NCBI GenBank assembly: GCA_040264795.1 | Contig: JBDQHQ010000001.1 | Span: forward strand, 1 to 33,834 | DNA from: Akkermansiaceae bacterium | GTDB lineage: Bacteria > Verrucomicrobiota > Verrucomicrobiia > Verrucomicrobiales > Akkermansiaceae | Length of the DNA: 33,834 bases | Direction: 5' to 3' | Program-made: the position numbers and the translations under genes | The notes under the pieces: generated by a model | What the model saw: the letters and a program-made list of their open reading frames with translations, nothing else | Databases searched by the model: none | What the model was told of the DNA's origin: nothing | Part shown: positions 25,960 through 33,834 of the stretch, in pieces | Layout: each line of letters opens with the position of its first letter | How positions within the stretch are numbered: position 1 is the first letter of the stretch

Positions 25960-27288
25960 TTAAGCTTGGGTCAAAGCTGGTTTTGCTTCTGAGTAATCGG
26001 GCAGTGTCGTGGTGATCGTCGCATTGAGGCTGCCGACCAAATGATACAGACCGAAGTAGGTGCGGTTGAGGTAGAGGGCATGCGCGTTACCACGCGATGT
26101 GCTCAGTTTGCTCAGCTCCTTGTCGAGGCGTGCATCCTCACCGAATTGAGCGAGCTCATCGAAATAGTCCTGATTGCCAAAGTCAAAGGTGCCATGCTTG
26201 AAGGGGCGGGAGAGTAGCTCCACAGACTCTCTGAATAGAGCTGCCAGCATATCCTTCTCGTGCGGTTTATCGGTGTCGAGAAGTAGCCCTATTTTGGCGA
26301 GGGCTTTTCGGAAGGTGTCGTCATCTTTCAGTACTTCGGGATCCATTAGGGCAAAGTAATCTCTATAAAAATCATCTTCCAGGGACTTGGTGCAGCCGAA
26401 GTCCAGCACCCATAGCTCGTCGTCATGAACCTTGAAGTTACCGGGGTGTGGATCAGCATGAAACAAACGCAGCTCGTGGATCTGATGATGGTAAAAATCC
26501 CATAAGGCCTGAGCGAGTTTCTGCTTCAGCTCCTGAGGTGCGTCTGACTCAGCAAAGGTATCGAGCTGGACACCCGGAATCCACTCCATGGTCAGGATAC
26601 GCTGGCTGCTGAGATCGGGAAAGTACTGAGGAAAGCGCGTATGAGCGAGGTGCTCTGATTTCGCTGCCAGGTCCTGGGAACGTTCCAGCTCGAGGTGGTA
26701 ATTGGTCTCTTCGAGCAGGCGTTCTTGCACTTCCTGCATGTATGGCTCGATCGCTTTGGAATCCAACTGAAACAAGCGGGTTGCGATCGGCTTCACGATT
26801 GCCAGATCAGACTTGAGGCTGTCAGCAACACCCGGGTATTGGATTTTCACGGCGTATTTTTGAGCGCCGATTTCAGCTTGGTGAACCTGCCCAATCGATG
26901 CACCAGATACGGCCTTTGTGGTAAAGGACTCGAATATCTCGTTGGGCCGTTTTCCCAGCTCCTTCATAAAGGTGTTCACCACCAGCGGATAGGTGAGGGG
27001 TGGGGCATTGTAATGAGCCTGGGAAAACTGGTCAGCGTATTGATCGGGGATCAGGTTGCGATCCATGCTGAGCATCTGGGCAAGCTTAAGAGGGCCGCCC
27101 TTGAGCTTACTGAAGGTATCGTAAGTCTGGCGTGCCGTAGTCTCATGAAATGCCGTCTTGTCATCATTGCCGGTGATGGTTTTTTGAGCCTTGTACTTGA
27201 GGTAATTCACCCCCACCTGAATACCAGTGCGCGCCAGCTCACTGGCACGACCAATTTTGTTTTTTGGGATTTTGGTCTGCTCTTCCAT
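25960..27288 (-). CDS. ABC1/AarF/UbiB family atypical kinase
   Basis: LKGGPLKLAQMLS, ASIGQVH, AVKIQYPGV, HADPHPGNF, LDFGC. Confidence 0.95.
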   Translation of the reverse strand: MEEQTKIPKNKIGRASELARTGIQVGVNYLKYKAQKTITGNDDKTAFHETTARQTYDTFSKLKGGPLKLAQMLSMDRNLIPDQYADQFSQAHYNAPPLTYPLVVNTFMKELGKRPNEIFESFTTKAVSGASIGQVHQAEIGAQKYAVKIQYPGVADSLKSDLAIVKPIATRLFQLDSKAIEPYMQEVQERLLEETNYHLELERSQDLAAKSEHLAHTRFPQYFPDLSSQRILTMEWIPGVQLDTFAESDAPQELKQKLAQALWDFYHHQIHELRLFHADPHPGNFKVHDDELWVLDFGCTKSLEDDFYRDYFALMDPEVLKDDDTFRKALAKIGLLLDTDKPHEKDMLAALFRESVELLSRPFKHGTFDFGNQDYFDELAQFGEDARLDKELSKLSTSRGNAHALYLNRTYFGLYHLVGSLNATITTTLPDYSEAKPALTQA

Positions 27289-27293
27289 GAAGC

Positions 27294-27947
27294 TCAGGAG
27301 CTTGGCAGCGTGAAGCGGCGCATCAGGAAGCGACCAAGGTCAAATGCGGAATCCAGAGTGCCTGATCTGGCAACATCAGCACTGAAGCGCACGCTTTTTT
27401 CAATCAGCGCATCCGTATCCTGAAATTCCTTGGATTGATCCTTGCGGTGAAACTCAATGATGGCGCGGAACTGCTCAAAGAGGAGTTCGGGGTATTTTTC
27501 ACTGAGTTTTTTGCGATCGGCAATGGAACCGTCTTCAAGGCCCTGCTCAATGATTTCCTTGGCAAATTCAATGAACCGTTTCTTCATGGGTTTGAGCGTT
27601 TTGCCGCAGCCCGGGCGGGGGAAGAACTCAACCAGGCGAGATCTGTTTTTCTGGGCGTGGGCAAAAAAGGTGAAGAAGAATGCCAGAATTTTCTGATCCG
27701 TGGGGTAGGCGGCATACTCGTCATCCTTGTGTAACACCTTGATGGTATCCTCCACCAGGCTGTCCCAGTAGGAGGCCTCGAGAGCTTCAAAACTGGCCGC
27801 GTGCTTGTAGAAGGCAGCTTCCTCAATACCGATCTCCTCTGTGAAGGCATAGACACTGGAGGGTCTTTTGCCCTTGGTGAGTAATAGGTGCCAGTATTGC
27901 TTCTCAAGCTCTTGGGCTGTGTTCTTTTTTGAAGGTGATTTAGCCAT
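27294..27947 (-). CDS. TetR-like transcriptional regulator
   Basis: N-terminal HTH-like P.SVYAF...IGI.E..FYKH..SFEALE; C-terminal F...D.S..F..TDALIEKSV and DLGRFL. Confidence 0.8.
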   Translation of the reverse strand: MAKSPSKKNTAQELEKQYWHLLLTKGKRPSSVYAFTEEIGIEEAAFYKHAASFEALEASYWDSLVEDTIKVLHKDDEYAAYPTDQKILAFFFTFFAHAQKNRSRLVEFFPRPGCGKTLKPMKKRFIEFAKEIIEQGLEDGSIADRKKLSEKYPELLFEQFRAIIEFHRKDQSKEFQDTDALIEKSVRFSADVARSGTLDSAFDLGRFLMRRFTLPSS

Positions 27948-28007
27948 TGCAACCTTAACTAGGACTCGAAGCAAACAAGGTCAAACGGTAAATGGGTAAT
28001 AATGGGC

Positions 28008-28049
28008 TTGCAGGTAACTGTTCACTAGAATAGTATGTTCATGTGAATA
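28008..28049 (+). promoter_or_regulatory. Sigma70-type promoter overlapped by two tandem LexA (SOS) boxes
   Basis: TTGCAG (28008-13), 17 bp, TAGTAT (28031-36); TGTTC-ACTA-GAATA (28019-32) and TGTTC-ATGT-GAATA (28036-49). Confidence 0.8.
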
Positions 28050-29365
28050 CTCTTAAAAAACTCGAAATACTGGCAGATGCAGCCAAATACGATGCCTCCT
28101 GTGCCAGCTCGGGAGGAGCGAGGAAGGATTCCGCCAAAGGGCAGGGAGTCGGTTCTACCGGTGGCACAGGCATTTGTCACTCCTATGCTCCGGACGGACG
28201 TTGTATCTCCTTGCTTAAAGTACTGCTCACCAATGTCTGCCTCTATGATTGTCATTATTGCATCAATCGCAGGTCGAGCAATGTGCAGAGGGCGAGGTTC
28301 ACTCCTGAGGAGGTGGTTGAGCTTACCCTGTCATTTTATAAGCGAAACTACATCGAGGGGCTGTTCTTGAGCTCGGGAATCATACGCAGTGCGGACTACA
28401 CTATGGAGCTCGTCATCAGGGTGGCGAAACTATTGCGCGAGCAGCATCATTTCCGTGGCTATATTCATCTCAAAACCATCCCCGAGGCCTCGCCTGAGCT
28501 GATAGCAGAGGCAGGAAAATACGCCGATCGCTTGAGCATTAATGTAGAGCTGCCCAAGCAAGAGAGTCTCAAGAAGCTTGCTCCTGAAAAAAATGTGCAG
28601 CGCACCCGTGAAGCGATGAGCACGATCAATACAAGGATCACCGAGACCATCGCCGACCGTAAAGAGCTTAGGAAACGAAAATCCACTGCCAAAAAGCCGA
28701 CCTTTGCTACAGGCCAGAGCACTCAAATGATCGTGGGTGCTGATGGATCCAATGATAGTGATTTCCTTGCCAGAGCGGGGGACCTTTATGGCAATTACAA
28801 GCTCAAGCGGGTCTATTACTCAGCCTTCAGCCCGATTCCAGAGCCCTCGGTCATCCTGCCTCTCAAGTCACCACCACTGGTGCGAGAACATCGCCTTTAC
28901 CAGGCGGACTGGCTGATGCGCTTTTACCACTATGGGGTAGATGAACTTACCAGTAAGGAGTCACCCAATCTGGATTTGGATATCGACCCCAAACTTGCCT
29001 GGGCCTTGCGCAACAGGCACACATTTCCCATCGATATCAATCGCTCTCCACTGGAGATGCTATACCGCATCCCCGGGTTGGGAGTGCGAAATGCTCAGAG
29101 AATTGTGCGGCTGCGCAGGCATCACGCAGTGAGTCTTGAGGACTTGATCAAGCTGAGGGTGAATTTGAAAAAGACGATGCCGTTCATGATTTGTGCCAAC
29201 CATCATCCGGCGAGGCTCGAGCTATCAAGTAGTGAATTGCGTGCAAAGTTCGCGCCACCCCCAAAGCAGATGGAGATGGATTTTTCAGCGGCACCCGCCT
29301 TGCCTCGGATTGAAAAAAACATGCTGAAGCAAGCCGGAGCGGAAGCCTTGCATGGCGAATTCTAG
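28043..29365 (+). CDS. Putative DNA modification/repair radical SAM protein (TIGR03916-type) with helix-hairpin-helix
   Basis: KLEILADAAKYDASC, GICHSY.PDGRCISLLK, CLYDCHYC, REHRLYQADWLMRFY, DPKLAWAL, RIPGLG. Confidence 0.95.
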   Translation: MNTLKKLEILADAAKYDASCASSGGARKDSAKGQGVGSTGGTGICHSYAPDGRCISLLKVLLTNVCLYDCHYCINRRSSNVQRARFTPEEVVELTLSFYKRNYIEGLFLSSGIIRSADYTMELVIRVAKLLREQHHFRGYIHLKTIPEASPELIAEAGKYADRLSINVELPKQESLKKLAPEKNVQRTREAMSTINTRITETIADRKELRKRKSTAKKPTFATGQSTQMIVGADGSNDSDFLARAGDLYGNYKLKRVYYSAFSPIPEPSVILPLKSPPLVREHRLYQADWLMRFYHYGVDELTSKESPNLDLDIDPKLAWALRNRHTFPIDINRSPLEMLYRIPGLGVRNAQRIVRLRRHHAVSLEDLIKLRVNLKKTMPFMICANHHPARLELSSSELRAKFAPPPKQMEMDFSAAPALPRIEKNMLKQAGAEALHGEF

Positions 29366-29382
29366 TTGAATCTATCATTGCG

Positions 29383-30261
29383 ATGAAAACCGTATCCATT
29401 GAGCCCCATTTCCAGGCATGGCGCAGAGCAGCTCGTGCTTTGCTAGCTGAGCAGTGCGAACCATCTGATGTTCTCTGGGATGCTAAGAACGATGAAGGTA
29501 ATGGCTTCTTGTTTGCTGATGAGTTACTCGCGCTGCCACCTGGTGCACCACGCTTGACGGTGCCCAAGACCTTCGTCCGTCTGGCTGAGACAGTATCAGC
29601 ACACCGCTCTGGAAAGCAGTGGGCTCTGCTCTATGAGGTGCTCTGGGAAATGACCTGTGGGAAAGACCGTCGTATCCTGAGTAATCAGACGGACACCAGA
29701 GTGCGTCAACTCGAGCGCATGCGTGCCACGGTGAGTAGAGACATTCACAAGATGCGAGCTTTCGTGCGCTTCAGGGAGGTTAGTGCTGAAGAGGGAGAGG
29801 AGGAAAATTTTGTGGCTTGGTTTGAGCCTGACCACCTGATCGTGCGCTTGAATACCCCTTTTTTCAGAAAACGCTTTGGCGGAATGAACTGGTCTATCCT
29901 CACTCCCGATGAGTGTGTGCATTGGAATGGCAGGGATATTACCTATACCGAGGGGGTCGAGAAATCAGTCGCTCCAGATAGCGATGAGCTGGAGGAGCTC
30001 TGGCTGGGCTACTACCGGAGCATTTTTAACCCGGCACGGCTTAAGATCAAAATGATGCAGACCGAGATGCCCAAGAAATATTGGAAAAATCTTCCCGAGG
30101 CTGAAATCATCGAAGAGCTCATCACAACTAGTAGTGAGCAAGTCCAATCCATGATGCGCGAGCAAGAGCGACCACTCAAGCCAGTGCCACGGAATGCTTA
30201 TCTGGATCGCCTAAAAGAGCTGGATCAACAGGACGGTGAAAGAGCGCAAGGTGAATCGTAA
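29383..30261 (+). CDS. TIGR03915/DUF4130 family putative DNA repair protein
   Basis: F.AWR.AAR.LL, RDIHKMRAFVRFR, AWFEPDH, WSILTPD, LW..YYRSIFNPARLK...M..EMPKKYWKNLPEA. Confidence 0.93.
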   Translation: MKTVSIEPHFQAWRRAARALLAEQCEPSDVLWDAKNDEGNGFLFADELLALPPGAPRLTVPKTFVRLAETVSAHRSGKQWALLYEVLWEMTCGKDRRILSNQTDTRVRQLERMRATVSRDIHKMRAFVRFREVSAEEGEEENFVAWFEPDHLIVRLNTPFFRKRFGGMNWSILTPDECVHWNGRDITYTEGVEKSVAPDSDELEELWLGYYRSIFNPARLKIKMMQTEMPKKYWKNLPEAEIIEELITTSSEQVQSMMREQERPLKPVPRNAYLDRLKELDQQDGERAQGES

Positions 30262-30292
30262 GTTGCGATGATCAGGTGAGCCAAAGGTTCAT

Positions 30293-30940
30293 TCACTTGA
30301 TGAGCTCGATGAGCTTTTCTGCCTGTGATGCTCCCGCGGCAGGCACTAGCTCGGGGTCCAAAAGGCCTACTTGAACGAGTAGTGAAGCCTGGTCCCAGTA
30401 AATGTGTTCGTGAGCCACTTTATCCCCCTCAAACTTCATGACGACGACGTGGGGCAGCTGAACAAATTTGCCCGTGGGTGGCACCCCCGGAAGCATGAAC
30501 TCGATGGGGATGTCATGGGTGAATGAGAGAATCAACTCATCAACGACCTGATCCTTACCCACCGTGCGGGAAACAGGAATGACCTGGGTGTCTTTGGGCA
30601 TTTTACCGACAAATTGCTCGGTGTAGTATTTGCGCACGCCCTCGCCGCCATAGCCTCCGTTGGCTGTGGGGACATTATGCACATAGGGCTCTGCTGTCAT
30701 CGTGCGCATGGTTGCGTCCACATCCTTATCGGCAAATTCGTGTTCTACATGTGCATCAAATACCGCACCAAGATCGGGTGTTGTGTCAGGGTTGTCTTCT
30801 TTCATTACTTGTTCTTGTTGATTTTGCGATTTTAGAGGCGGCGGAGCAGCTTGATCATCAGTCCGATAATGGGAAGCTGCGAATCCCAAAGCGAATGCGA
30901 CAGCAATGAATAGAGTATTGAGGAGAGTAAACTTTTTCAT
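30293..30940 (-). CDS. SnoaL/NTF2-like (ester cyclase family) protein with N-terminal signal or anchor
   Basis: EF..KDVDATM.TM..EPYV.NVPT, SRTVG.DQVVDE, MLPGVPPTGK, HEHIYWDQASLLVQ.GLL. Confidence 0.85.
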   Translation of the reverse strand: MKKFTLLNTLFIAVAFALGFAASHYRTDDQAAPPPLKSQNQQEQVMKEDNPDTTPDLGAVFDAHVEHEFADKDVDATMRTMTAEPYVHNVPTANGGYGGEGVRKYYTEQFVGKMPKDTQVIPVSRTVGKDQVVDELILSFTHDIPIEFMLPGVPPTGKFVQLPHVVVMKFEGDKVAHEHIYWDQASLLVQVGLLDPELVPAAGASQAEKLIELIK

Positions 30941-31050
30941 GATGATTAGCTCATCCTGCAGACAGGGTGGATGAAGTCGAGATGTAAAATGATGAATTTA
31001 GCCAACTCCTGCAAACGAGCTGAGTCACATTCGGGACGAGATCACCTGCA

Positions 31051-32382
31051 TTACTTGGCCAGCTCTTTGAGTAGCGCACGGTTCAAAGCAATGCCTTTCT
31101 CAAAGTTTTCGACGTAAAAATTCTCGTTGGGAGCATGGATCTGACAGTCAGGTAGTGCCAGGCCCAGCATGAGGGCCTCGACACCAAAAATCTCTTTCAT
31201 GTCTTGAATGATAGGGATGGAGCCGCCCTCGCGGATCAGAACAGGATCCTTGCCAAAGGCCGCTCTAAGTGCGGCCTGTCCTGCTTTGCTGCTCTGAGAG
31301 TGGGGATCGGCATAGAAGGGCTTGCCGTCATGACCGACCTTGACCTCGATATGAACGCCAGCCGGGCAGTGCTTCTGGAAATGCTTTTCAACCTTTTCCA
31401 TGATGTCTTTGGGGTCCTGATCCGGAACGAGCCGGAAGGAAAACTTGGCCATGGCCTTGGCGGGAAGCACGGTTTTGGAGCCTTCCCCCTGATAGCCGCC
31501 ACCAATGCCGTTGACCTCTGCCGTCGGTCTTGCCCAGAGGCGCTCTGCTGAGCTGTAGCCGGGCTCACCGTGAAGCTTGGGAGCCCCTGTGACATCAAGG
31601 ACATCTTGCTCTGACATGCCGGGGACATCTGCCCACATCTTGCGCTCCCAATCCTCCAGGGGGCGAACGTCATCATAAAAGCCATCAATGGCGATGCTGC
31701 CCTCCGTGTCGTGCAGTGATGCCACTAACCTGGCAATGGCCGTTGCCGGATTAGCCACAGCCCCCCCATAGATGCCGGAATGGAGATCACCCGAGGGGCC
31801 TGTGAGGGTAACCTCGCAGCAGGCAATGCCCCGCAGGCCATAGCCCATGGTGGGTATTCCGGGGGCAACCATGCCGGTATCAGAAACGGCAATGATATCA
31901 CACTGTAGACTCGCTTTGTGCTTTTCCATGAAAGGCACGAGATTCGGGCTGCCGATTTCTTCCTCACCCTCAAACAGGAAGATGAGATTGACCGGAAGTT
32001 CACCCTCCTCCTCGAGCGTTTGCTCGACCCCAAGGATATGCGCGAGCATTTGCCCCTTGTTGTCGGTGGCTCCCCGGGCCCAGATTTTGCCGTCGCGTAT
32101 CTCAGGTTCAAAGGGAGGGGAGTCCCAGAGGTCGATGGGGTCTACCGGCTGCACATCATAGTGGCCGTATATGAGGCAGGTTTTCTTTCCCTCAACATGG
32201 TGGTTGCGTGCCACGACAATCGGGTGCCCCGGCGTTTGATGAAGCTCGGTCTCCAGACCCATTTGGCTGAGTTTGTGGATCAGCCATTCGGCACAGGCAC
32301 GGACTTCTTTGGCGTGATTGGAGTCCGTTGAAATACTGGCAAAACGTAGAAATGAAAACAGATCTTCAAGCTGCTTGGTCAT
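31051..32382 (-). CDS. M20 family metallopeptidase (dipeptidase-like)
   Basis: YGHYDVQP, ARGATDNKGQ, EGEEEIGS, DLHSG, GGSIP, HAPNE. Confidence 0.95.
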   Translation of the reverse strand: MTKQLEDLFSFLRFASISTDSNHAKEVRACAEWLIHKLSQMGLETELHQTPGHPIVVARNHHVEGKKTCLIYGHYDVQPVDPIDLWDSPPFEPEIRDGKIWARGATDNKGQMLAHILGVEQTLEEEGELPVNLIFLFEGEEEIGSPNLVPFMEKHKASLQCDIIAVSDTGMVAPGIPTMGYGLRGIACCEVTLTGPSGDLHSGIYGGAVANPATAIARLVASLHDTEGSIAIDGFYDDVRPLEDWERKMWADVPGMSEQDVLDVTGAPKLHGEPGYSSAERLWARPTAEVNGIGGGYQGEGSKTVLPAKAMAKFSFRLVPDQDPKDIMEKVEKHFQKHCPAGVHIEVKVGHDGKPFYADPHSQSSKAGQAALRAAFGKDPVLIREGGSIPIIQDMKEIFGVEALMLGLALPDCQIHAPNENFYVENFEKGIALNRALLKELAK

Positions 32383-32505
32383 GTCTCATGTTGTGAACCC
32401 AGCTCGTGATGGGGGCAAGCCTCAAATAAAGCTCATCAGTGCGATCGCGAATATTAACGAATTCTTGGTTTTAAAAGTACCATAATGCGTACAAGATTCA
32501 TTCAG

Positions 32506-33450
32506 ATGTCACAACGGTATCCGCTGATTTTCAATCCCAGTGCCCGCAGCCAGAAGGGGCGCAGGACTTTGCGTTTCCTGATGTCTCATGCGCAATGGTT
32601 TGCCCTGTATGCGAGCCGCAGTGCCGAGGACGCTACACACCTGGCAGCCAAACTTGCCGAGGAAGGCGAGCCCATCGTGGTTGCAGCGGGTGGAGACGGC
32701 ACACTCAATGCTGTGGTTCAGGGACTGGCAGGGACGAAAACCGCACTCGGTGTGTTGCCCGCCGGCACGATGAACGTCTTTGCTCGTGAGTTGGGATTGC
32801 CGCACACGAGCTTGAAGAAATCATTGCAGGTTTTGGAGGATGGCTACGTCAAGGAGGTGGACCTTTTCGAGGCCAATGGCCGGGCCTTTGTTCAGATGGC
32901 AGGTATTGGATTTGATGCCCAGGTCATTGAGGAAACCTCATGGGAGCAGAAAAAGCTATTCGGTCCCATGGCCTATGTCATGTCAGCGATGAAAGTGCTC
33001 AGTGAGAGGCCTCCCAAAATGCGCATTATCTGTGATGATGGTCATGAGGAAGAGGGGTTTTGTGCGCTTGCCGGAAATGGCTCGCTCTACGGTGGCCAGG
33101 TGAAGCTTTTCCGTAAGGCGGATCATGCGGATGACATGCTCGACATGCTTGTGTTTACGGAGGCCGGCTACAAGCTGATTCGAGATTCCGTGAAGGGGCT
33201 CGCCACAGGTGCAATTGATGCGGGCAATTCATCGGTGAAATACCTCCAGTCCAAGAGCTATGAAATCCACTGTGACCAGGAGGTGCCTATCGAAGTGGAT
33301 GGAGAATACATTGGCCGGTTCGAGAAAATTTCCCTCGCACCTGTGAAGAGGAAATTAAAAGTCATCGCGCCTGAAAACCCCAAAGATGGGATCTTCACTA
33401 CTGTGGTCAAAACCCTGGTGAATATACCCCGCAAGACGGACGAGCTTTGA
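32506..33450 (+). CDS. Diacylglycerol/lipid kinase family (YegS/DgkB-like)
   Basis: FNP.A, AAGGDGTL, LP.GTMNVFAR.LG, GIGFDA, EVDGE; start could be 32485. Confidence 0.92.
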   Translation: MSQRYPLIFNPSARSQKGRRTLRFLMSHAQWFALYASRSAEDATHLAAKLAEEGEPIVVAAGGDGTLNAVVQGLAGTKTALGVLPAGTMNVFARELGLPHTSLKKSLQVLEDGYVKEVDLFEANGRAFVQMAGIGFDAQVIEETSWEQKKLFGPMAYVMSAMKVLSERPPKMRIICDDGHEEEGFCALAGNGSLYGGQVKLFRKADHADDMLDMLVFTEAGYKLIRDSVKGLATGAIDAGNSSVKYLQSKSYEIHCDQEVPIEVDGEYIGRFEKISLAPVKRKLKVIAPENPKDGIFTTVVKTLVNIPRKTDEL

Positions 33451-33472
33451 GAGCCGGGAGACTTGATTGAAT

Positions 33473-33834
33473 ATGAGTGAACCGCATCAAGATGAATCCA
33501 CTGAGACAGCTCTGAGTGATGCTGTGGATGCAGCACCAAAGCGGTCCCACTTGCTTGTCTGGCTCAGGAGGTTATTACTCGCTGCTTTCATCCTGCTCGT
33601 AGTCTTTGTCGGCTTCATATGGCATGCCAATTACGCAGCAACCCGTGCGGGTAAGGGCATCTTGTTCGATGATGTCAACGATGTGCCTGAGCAGGCCGTC
33701 GGGCTCGTCTTTGGTTGTTCAGAGAAACTGGGCAGTCGAGATAACCTTTACTTCAAGTATCGCATTCAGGCAGCCGCTGAGCTGTGGCATGCCGAAAAAG
33801 TTAAGATGCTCATCGTCTCCGGGCTCCGTGAGAA
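33473..33834 (+). CDS. SanA/YdcF (DUF218) family membrane protein, 3'-truncated by the window end
   Basis: Manual translation from ATG 33473: TM helix, then V.DVP...VGLVFG......NLYFKYRI.AAAELW...KVK.LIVSG; no stop before the end. Confidence 0.85.
   Translation, partial: MSEPHQDESTETALSDAVDAAPKRSHLLVWLRRLLLAAFILLVVFVGFIWHANYAATRAGKGILFDDVNDVPEQAVGLVFGCSEKLGSRDNLYFKYRIQAAAELWHAEKVKMLIVSGLRE

Overview
A 33.8-kb gene-dense bacterial chromosomal segment using the standard code (TGA is an ordinary stop in several genes). It is most likely Verrucomicrobiota, inferred from a planctomycete-type cytochrome c domain, TGTTC-N4-GAACA-type SOS boxes and a Chlamydia-like permease-repressor fusion. Housekeeping genes (RlmI-like methyltransferase, cstA, bioB, purH, M20 peptidase, lipid kinase, partial SanA) surround three notable blocks. 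(i) A metal/cofactor hub at 8.2-20.7 kb: a cobalamin-riboswitch-controlled btuB/F/D/C operon, a DksA/TraR zinc finger, a large membrane cytochrome c-LRR protein, and a TroABCD-type Mn/Fe/Zn ABC operon whose first permease is fused to a DtxR-type domain. (ii) A putative light/oxidative-stress cluster: SOUL, PhrB-type photolyase, CIA30, SDR, ABC1 kinase and TetR. (iii) A radical SAM + TIGR03915 DNA-repair pair with tandem LexA-like boxes. The top finding is that the cytochrome c-LRR ORF does not appear to end at the TGA at 14608-14610. That TGA occupies the first Cys position of a heavy-metal-associated (HMA) motif (GMT-U-GASC), the frame stays open for 57 more HMA-like codons, and an fdhF-like SECIS hairpin follows. 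This predicts a 664-aa multidomain selenoprotein that ORF callers truncate. No rRNA, tRNA, CRISPR or mobile element was seen.
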